Source: Auanema rhodensis (taxonomy: Eukaryota; Animalia; Nematoda). From it: a stretch of DNA of 64,000 nucleotides. Shown piece after piece: positions 55,901-64,000 of the stretch; position 1 is the first letter of the stretch; every line of letters starts with the position of its first letter. The notes beneath the pieces were generated by a model, which was given only the letters and a program-made list of their open reading frames with translations, made no database searches and was not told where the DNA came from. A program made the position numbers and the translations under genes. The stretch spans positions 828,513-892,512 of the forward strand of contig CAXKVF010000077.1 of NCBI GenBank assembly GCA_964057225.1, read 5' to 3'.

Positions 55901-58900
55901 ATTTGTTTTTAGACTAATATGGACATGGGGAATCTAATTTTGAAACCGCATCTCTTTATCTTTCACGTGAAGCGAGTTACATACCAAGTGCACATCACGT
56001 GTACATTTAATTAGCATAAATTAAAGTTCACGTAAATTTCAAAGTCATGGTTACCATGAACCAATATCAATAAAAATTTGTTTTTAGACTAATATGGACA
56101 TGGGGAATCTAATTTTGAAAACCGCATCTCTTTATCTTTCACGTGAAGCGAGTTACATACCAAGTGCACATCACGTGTACATTTAATTAGCATAAATTAA
56201 AGTTCACGTAAATTTCAAAGTCATGGTTACCATGCACCAATATCAATAAAAATTTGTTTTTAGACTAATATGAACATGGGGAATCTAATTTTGAAAACCG
56301 CATCTCTTTATCTTTCACGTGAAGCGAGTTACATACCAAGTGCACATCACGTGTACATTTAATTAGCATAAATTAAAGTTCACGTAAATTTCAAAGTCAT
56401 GGTTACCATGAAGCAATATCAATAAAAATTTGTTTTTAGACTAATATGGACATGGGGAATCTAATTTTGAAAACCGCATCTCTTTATCTTTCACGTGAAG
56501 CGAGTTACATACCAAGTGCACATCACGTGTACATTTAATTAGCATAAATTAAAGTTCACGTAAATTTCAAAGTCATGGTTACCATGAACCAATATCAATA
56601 AAAATTTGTTTTTAGACTAATATGGACATGGGGAATCTAATTTTGAAAACCGCATCTCTTTATTTTCACGTGAAGCGAGTTACATACCAAGTGCACATCA
56701 CGTGTACATTTAATTAGCATAAATTAAAGTTCACGTAAATTTCAAAGTCATGGTTACCATGAACCAATATCAATAAAAATTTGTTTTTAGACTAATATGG
56801 ACATGGGGAATCTAATTTTGAAAACCGCATCTCTTTATCTTTCACGTGAAGCGAGTTACATACCAAGTGCACATCACGTGTACATTTAATTAGCATAAAT
56901 TAAAGTTCACGTAAATTTCAAAGTCATGGTTACCATGCACCAATATCAATAAAAATTTGTTTTTAGACTAATATGGACATGGGGAATCTAATTTTGAAAA
57001 CCGCATCTCTTTATCTTTCACGTGAAGCGAGTTACATACCAAGTGCACATCACGTGTACATTTAATTAGCATAAATTAAAGTTCACGTAAATTTCAAAGT
57101 CATGGTTACCATGAACCAATATCAATAAAAATTTGTTTTTAGACTAATATGGACATGAGGAATCTAATTTTGAAAACCGCATCTCTTTATCTTTCACGTG
57201 AAGCGAGTTACATACCAAGTGCACATCACGTGTACATTTAATTAGCATAAATTAAAGTTCACGTAAATTTCAAAGTCATGGTTACCATGCACCAATATCA
57301 ATAAAAATTGTTTTTAGACTAATATGGACATGGGGAATCTAATTTTGAAACCGCATCTCTTTATCTTTCACGTGAAGCGAGTTACATACCAAGTGCACAT
57401 CACGTGTACATTTAATTAGCATAAATTAAAGTTCACGTAAATTTCAAAGTCATGGTTACCATGCACCAATATCAATAAAAATTTGTTTTTAGACTAATAT
57501 GGACATGGGGAATCTAATTTTGAAAACCGCATCTCTTTATCTTTCACGTGAAGCGAGTTACATACCAAGTGCACATCACGTGTACATTTAATTAGCATAA
57601 ATTAAAGTTCACGTAAATTTCAAAGTCATGGTTACCATGAACCAATATCAATAAAAATTTGTTTTTAGACTAATATGGACATGGGGAATCTAATTTTGAA
57701 AACCGCATCTCTTTATCTTTCACGTGAAGCGAGTTACATACCAAGTGCACATCACGTGTACATTTAATTAGCATAAATTAAAGTTCACGTAAATTTCAAA
57801 GTCATGGTTACCATGAACCAATATCAATAAAAATTTGTTTTTAGACTAATATGGACATGGGGAATCTAATTTTGAAAACCGCATCTCTTTATCTTTCACG
57901 TGAAGCGAGTTACATACCAAGTGCACATCACGTGTACATTTAATTAGCATAAATTAAAGTTCACGTAAATTCAAAGTCATGTTTACCATGAACCAATATC
58001 AATAAAAATTTGTTTTTAGACTAATATGGACATGGGGAATCTAATTTTGAAAACCGCATCTCTTTATCTTTCACGTGAAGCGAGTTACATACCAAGTGCA
58101 CATCACGTGTACATTTAATTAGCATAAATTAAAGTTCACGTAAATTTCAAAGTCATGGTTACCATGAACCAATATCAATAAAAATTTGTTTTTAGACTAA
58201 TATGGACATGGGGAATCTAATTTTGAAAACCGCATCTCTTTATCTTTCACGTGAAGCGAGTTACATACCAAGTGCACATCACGTGTACATTTAATTAGCA
58301 TAAATTAAAGTTCACGTAAATTTCAAAGTCATGGTTACCATGCACCAATATCAATAAAAATTTGTTTTTAGACTAATATGGACATGGGGAATCTAATTTT
58401 GAAAACCGCATCTCTTTATCTTTCACGTGAAGCGAGTTACATACCAAGTGCACATCACGTGTACATTTAATTAGCATAAATTAAAGTTCACGTAAATTTC
58501 AAAGTCATGGTTACCATGCACCAATATCAATAAAAATTTGTTTTTAGACTAATATGGACATGGGGATTCTAATTTTGAAAACCGCATCTCTTTATCTTTC
58601 ACGTGAAGCGAGTTACATACCAAGTGCACATCACGTGTACATTTAATTAGCATAAATTAAAGTTCACGTAAATTTCAAAGTCATGGTTACCATGCACCAA
58701 TATCAATAAAAATTTGTTTTTAGACTAATATGGACATGGGGAATCTAATTTTGAAAACCGCATCTCTTTATCTTTCACGTGAAGCGAGTTACATACCAAG
58801 TGCACATCACGTGTACATTTAATTAGCATAAATTAAAGTTCACGTAAATTTCAAAGTCATGGTTACCATGCACCAATATCAATAAAAATTTGTTTTTAGA

Positions 58901-61900
58901 CTAATATGGACATGGGGAATCTAATTTTGAAAACCGCATCTCTTTATCTTTCACGTGAAGCGAGTTACATACCAAGTGCACATCACGTGTACATTTAATT
59001 AGCATAAATTAAAGTTCACGTAAATTTCAAAGTCATGGTTACCATGAACCAATATCAATAAAAATTTGTTTTTAGACTAATATGGACATGGGGAATCTAA
59101 TTTTGAAAACCGCATCTCTTTATCTTTCACGTGAAGCGAGTTACATACCAAGTGCACATCACGTGTACATTTAATTAGCATAAATTAAAGTTCACGTAAA
59201 TTTCAAAGTCATGGTTACCATGAACCAATATCAATAAAAATTTGTTTTTAGACTAATATGGACATGGGAATCTAATTTTGAAAACCGCATCTCTTTATCT
59301 TTCACGTGAAGCGAGTTACATACCAAGTGCACATCACGTGTACATTTAATTAGCATAAATTAAAGTTCACGTAAATTTCAAAGTCATGGTTACCATGAAC
59401 CAATATCAATAAAAATTTGTTTTTAGACTAATATGGACATGGGGAATCTAATTTTGAAAACCGCATCTCTTTATCTTTCACGTGAAGCGAGTTACATACC
59501 AAGTGCACATCACGTGTACATTTAATTAGCATAAATTAAAGTTCACGTAAATTTCAAAGTCATGGTTACCATGCACCAATATCAATAAAAATTTGTATTT
59601 AGACTAATATGGACATGGGGAATCTAATTTTGAAAACCGCATCTCTTTATCTTTCACGTGAAGCGAGTTACATACCAAGTGCACATCACGTGTACATTTA
59701 ATTAGCATAAATTAAAGTTCACGTAAATTTCAAAGTCATGTTTACCATGAACCAATATCAATAAAAATTTGTTTTTAGACTAATATGGACATGGGGAATC
59801 TAATTTTGAAAACCGCATCTCTTTATCTTTCACGTGAAGCGAGTTACATACCAAGTGCACATCACGTGTACATTTAATTAGCATAAATTAAAGTTCACGT
59901 AAATTTCAAAGTCATGGTTACCATGCACCAATATCAATAAAAATTTGTTTTTAGACTAATATGGACATGGGGAATCTAATTTTGAAAACCGCATCTCTTT
60001 ATCTTTCACGTGAAGCGAGTTACATACCAAGTGCACATCACGTGTACATTTAATTAGCATAAATTAAAGTTCACGTAAATTTCAAAGTCATGGTTACCAT
60101 GAACCAATATCAATAAAAATTTGTTTTTAGACTAATATGGACATGGGGAATCTAATTTTGAAAACGCATCTCTTTATCTTTCACGTGAAGCGAGTTACAT
60201 ACCAAGTGCACATCACGTGTACATTTAATTAGCATAAATTAAAGTTCACGTAAATTTCAAAGTCATGGTTACCATGAACCAATATCAATAAAAATTTGTT
60301 TTTAGACTAATATGGACATGGGGAATCTAATTTTGAAAACCGCATCTCTTTATTTTCACGTGAAGCGAGTTACATACCAAGTGCACATCACGTGTACATT
60401 TAATTAGCATAAATTAAAGTTCACGTAAATTTCAAAGTCATGGTTACCATGAACCAATATCAATAAAAATTTGTTTTTAGACTAATATGGGCATGGGAAT
60501 CTAATTTTGAAAACCGCATCTCTTTATCTTTCACGTGAAGCGAGTTACATACCAAGTGCACATCACGTGTACATTTAATTAGCATAAATTAAAGTTCACG
60601 TAAATTTCAAAGTCATGGTTACCATGCACCAATATCAATAAAAATTTGTTTTTAGACTAATATGGACATGGGGAATCTAATTTTGAAAACCGCATCTCTT
60701 TATCTTTCACGTGAAGCGAGTTACATACCAAGTGCACATCACGTGTACATTTAATTAGCATAAATTAAAGTTCACGTAAATTTCAAAGTCATGGTTACCA
60801 TGAACCAATATCAATAAAAATTTGTTTTTAGACTAATATGGACATGAGGAATCTAATTTTGAAAACCGCATCTCTTTATCTTTCACGTGAAGCGAGTTAC
60901 ATACCAAGTGCACATCACGTGTACATTTAATTAGCATAAATTAAAGTTCACGTAAATTTCAAAGTCATGGTTACCATGCACCAATATCAATAAAAATTTG
61001 TTTTTAGACTAATATGGACATGGGGAATCTAATTTTGAAAACCGCATCTCTTTATCTTTCACGTGAAGCGAGTTACATACCAAGTGCACATCACGTGTAC
61101 ATTTAATTAGCATAAATTAAAGTTCACGTAAATTTCAAAGTCATGGTTACCATGCACCAATATCAATAAAAATTTGTTTTTAGACTAATATGGACATGGG
61201 GAATCTAATTTTGAAAACCGCATCTCTTTATCTTTCACGTGAAGCGAGTTACATACCAAGTGCACATCACGTGTACATTTAATTAGCATAAATTAAAGTT
61301 CACGTAAATTTCAAAGTCATGGTTACCATGCACCAATATCAATAAAAATTTGTTTTTAGACTAATATGGACATGGGGAATCTAATTTTGAAAACCGCATC
61401 TCTTTATCTTTCACGTGAAGCGAGTTACATACCAAGTGCACATCACGTGTACATTTAATTAGCATAAATTAAAGTTCACGTAAATTTCAAAGTCATGGTT
61501 ACCATGAACCAATATCAATAAAAATTTGTTTTTAGACTAATATGGACATGGGGAATCTAATTTTGAAAACGCATCTCTTTATCTTTCACGTGAAGCGAGT
61601 TACATACCAAGTGCACATCACGTGTACATTTAATTAGCATAAATTAAAGTTCACGTAAATTTCAAAGTCATGGTTACCATGAACCAATATCAATAAAAAT
61701 TTGTTTTTAGACTAATATGGACATGGGGAATCTAATTTTGAAAACCGCATCTCTTTATCTTTCACGTGAAGCGAGTTACATACCAAGTGCACATCACGTG
61801 TACATTTAATTAGCATAAATTAAAGTTCACGTAAATTTCAAAGTCATGGTTACCATGAACCAATATCAATAAAAATTTGTTTTTAGACTAATATGGACAT

Positions 61901-64000
61901 GGGAATCTAATTTTGAAAACCGCATCTCTTTATCTTTCACGTGAAGCGAGTTACATACCAAGTGCACATCACGTGTACATTTAATTAGCATAAATTAAAG
62001 TTCACGTAAATTTCAAAGTCATGGTTACCATGCACCAATATCAATAAAAATTTGTATTTAGACTAATATGGACATGGGGATTCTAATTTTGAAAACCGCA
62101 TCTCTTTATCTTTCACGTGAAGCGAGTTACATACCAAGTGCACATCACGTGTACATTTAATTAGCATAAATTAAAGTTCACGTAAATTTCAAAGTCATGT
62201 TTACCATGAACCAATATCAATAAAAATTTGTTTTTAGACTAATATGGACATGAGGAATCTAATTTTGAAAACCGCATCTCTTTATCTTTCACGTGAAGCG
62301 AGTTACATACCAAGTGCACATCACGTGTACATTTAATTAGCATAAATTAAAGTTCACGTAAATTTCAAAGTCATGGTTACCATGCACCAATATCAATAAA
62401 AATTGTTTTTAGACTAATATGGACATGGGGAATCTAATTTTGAAAACCGCATCTCTTTATCTTTCACGTGAAGCGAGTTACATACCAAGTGCACATCACG
62501 TGTACATTTAATTAGCATAAATTAAAGTTCACGTAAATTTCAAAGTCATGGTTACCATGCACCAATATCAATAAAAATTTGTTTTTAGACTAATATGGAC
62601 ATGGGGAATCTAATTTTGAAAACCGCATCTCTTTATCTTTCACGTGAAGCGAGTTACATACCAAGTGCACATCACGTGTACATTTAATTAGCATAAATTA
62701 AAGTTCACGTAAATTTCAAAGTCATGTTTACCATGAACCAATATCAATAAAAATTTGTTTTTAGACTAATATGGACATGGGAATCTAATTTTGAAAACCG
62801 CATCTCTTTATCTTTCACTTGAAGCGAGTTACATACCAAGTGCACATCACGTGTACATTTAATTAGCATAAATTAAAGTTCACGTAAATTTCAAAGTCAT
62901 GGTTACCATGAACCAATATCAATAAAAATTTGTTTTTAGACTAATATGGACATGGGGAATCTAATTTTGAAAACCGCATCTCTTTATCTTTCACGTGAAG
63001 CGAGTTACATACCAAGTGCACATCACGTGTACATTTAATTAGCATAAATTAAAGTTCACGTAAATTTCAAAGTCATGGTTACCATGAACCAATATCAATA
63101 AAAATTTGTTTTTAGACTAATATGGACATGAGGGAATCTAATTTTGAAAACCGCATCTCTTTATCTTTCACGTGAAGCGAGTTACATACCAAGTGCACAT
63201 CACGTGTACATTTAATTAGCATAAATTAAAGTTCACGTAAATTTCAAAGTCATGGTTACCATGCACCAATATCAATAAAAATTTGTTTTTAGACTAATAT
63301 GGACATGGGGAATCTAATTTTGAAAACCGCATCTCTTTATCTTTCACGTGAAGCGAGTTACATACCAAGTGCACATCACGTGTACATTTAATTAGCATAA
63401 ATTAAAGTTCACGTAAATTTCAAAGTCATGGTTACCATGCACCAATATCAATAAAAATTTGTTTTTAGACTAATATGGACATGGGGAATCTAATTTTGAA
63501 AACCGCATCTCTTTATCTTTCACGTGAAGCGAGTTACATACCAAGTGCACATCACGTGTACATTTAATTAGCATAAATTAAAGTTCACGTAAATTTCAAA
63601 GTCATGGTTACCATGCACCAATATCAATAAAAATTTGTTTTTAGACTAATATGGACATGGGGAATCTAATTTTGAAAACCGCATCTCTTTATCTTTCACG
63701 TGAAGCGAGTTACATACCAAGTGCACATCACGTGTACATTTAATTAGCATAAATTAAAGTTCACGTAAATTTCAAAGTCATGGTTACCATGAACCAATAT
63801 CAATAAAAATTTGTTTTTAGACTAATATGCGACATGGGGAATCTAATTTTGAAAACCGCATCTCTTTATCTTTCACGTGAAGCGAGTTACATACCAAGTG
63901 CACATCACGTGTACATTTAATTAGCATAAATTAAAGTTCACGTAAATTTCAAAGTCATGGTTACCATGAACCAATATCAATAAAAATTTGTTTTTAGACT

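Larger units (their letters stand above)
1..64000. repeat. 176-bp tandem satellite array (~363.7 copies, ~32% GC), putative centromeric/pericentromeric satellite; runs off both window ends
   Basis: TCACGTGAAGCGAG recurs at 1, 177, 353 and so on. The register is exact (1+176n) at 2641 (15 units), 26401 (150 units) and 44881 (255 units). The last unit starts at 63873, a net shift of -16 bp from small indels. There is no non-repeat sequence and no change of orientation. The repeat call is direct; the centromeric role is inference from size, AT content and homogeneity. Confidence 0.99.

Noticed and set aside
1-64000. CRISPR array or other prokaryotic repeat-spacer system
   Set aside because: There are no unique spacers (the entire 176 bp repeats), no leader and no cas or other genes.
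1-64000. One fixed global higher-order repeat, or an information-bearing 'code' in the order of monomer types
   Set aside because: Marker offsets vary by region (3 to 33 monomers) and most blocks occur only 2-4 times. Local duplication explains the order adequately.
1-64000. Embedded transposon, telomeric repeat or inversion
   Set aside because: The monomer register can be followed continuously from 1 to 64000 with only 1-bp indels, leaving no room for foreign sequence.

Overview
The whole 64-kb window is one uninterrupted, head-to-tail, single-orientation tandem satellite. It holds about 363.7 copies of a 176-bp AT-rich monomer (about 32% GC by hand count). Consensus from position 1: TCACGTGAAGCGAGTTACATACCAAGTGCACATCACGTGTACATTTAATTAGCATAAATTAAAGTTCACGTAAATTTCAAAGTCATGGTTACCATG(A/C)ACCAATATCAATAAAAATTTGTTTTTAGACTAATATGGACATGGGGAATCTAATTTTGAAAACCGCATCTCTTTATCTT. 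Copies differ from consensus by only about 0-4 bases. I see no gene, RNA gene, transposon, inversion or CRISPR spacer. The two supplied 60-aa ORFs are chance stop-codon losses in the repeat. Monomer length, AT content and homogeneity resemble a eukaryotic centromeric or pericentromeric satellite (inference), but I cannot name the family or organism. The informative structure is in the variants and the monomer: (1) local multi-monomer duplications with offsets of 3, 4, 5, 6, 7, 9, 17, 18, 27, 32 and 33 monomers, not one fixed higher-order repeat (HOR); (2) regional turnover of variant haplotypes; (3) a dyad-rich monomer with a degenerate CENP-B-box-like motif and three near-phased TCACGT motifs; (4) a sharp switch from 46 kb with no indels to a 3' end rich in 1-bp indels, which looks like a drop in assembly quality. 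I cannot support a novel protein-coding system here. All counts and offsets were read by eye and should be confirmed computationally.
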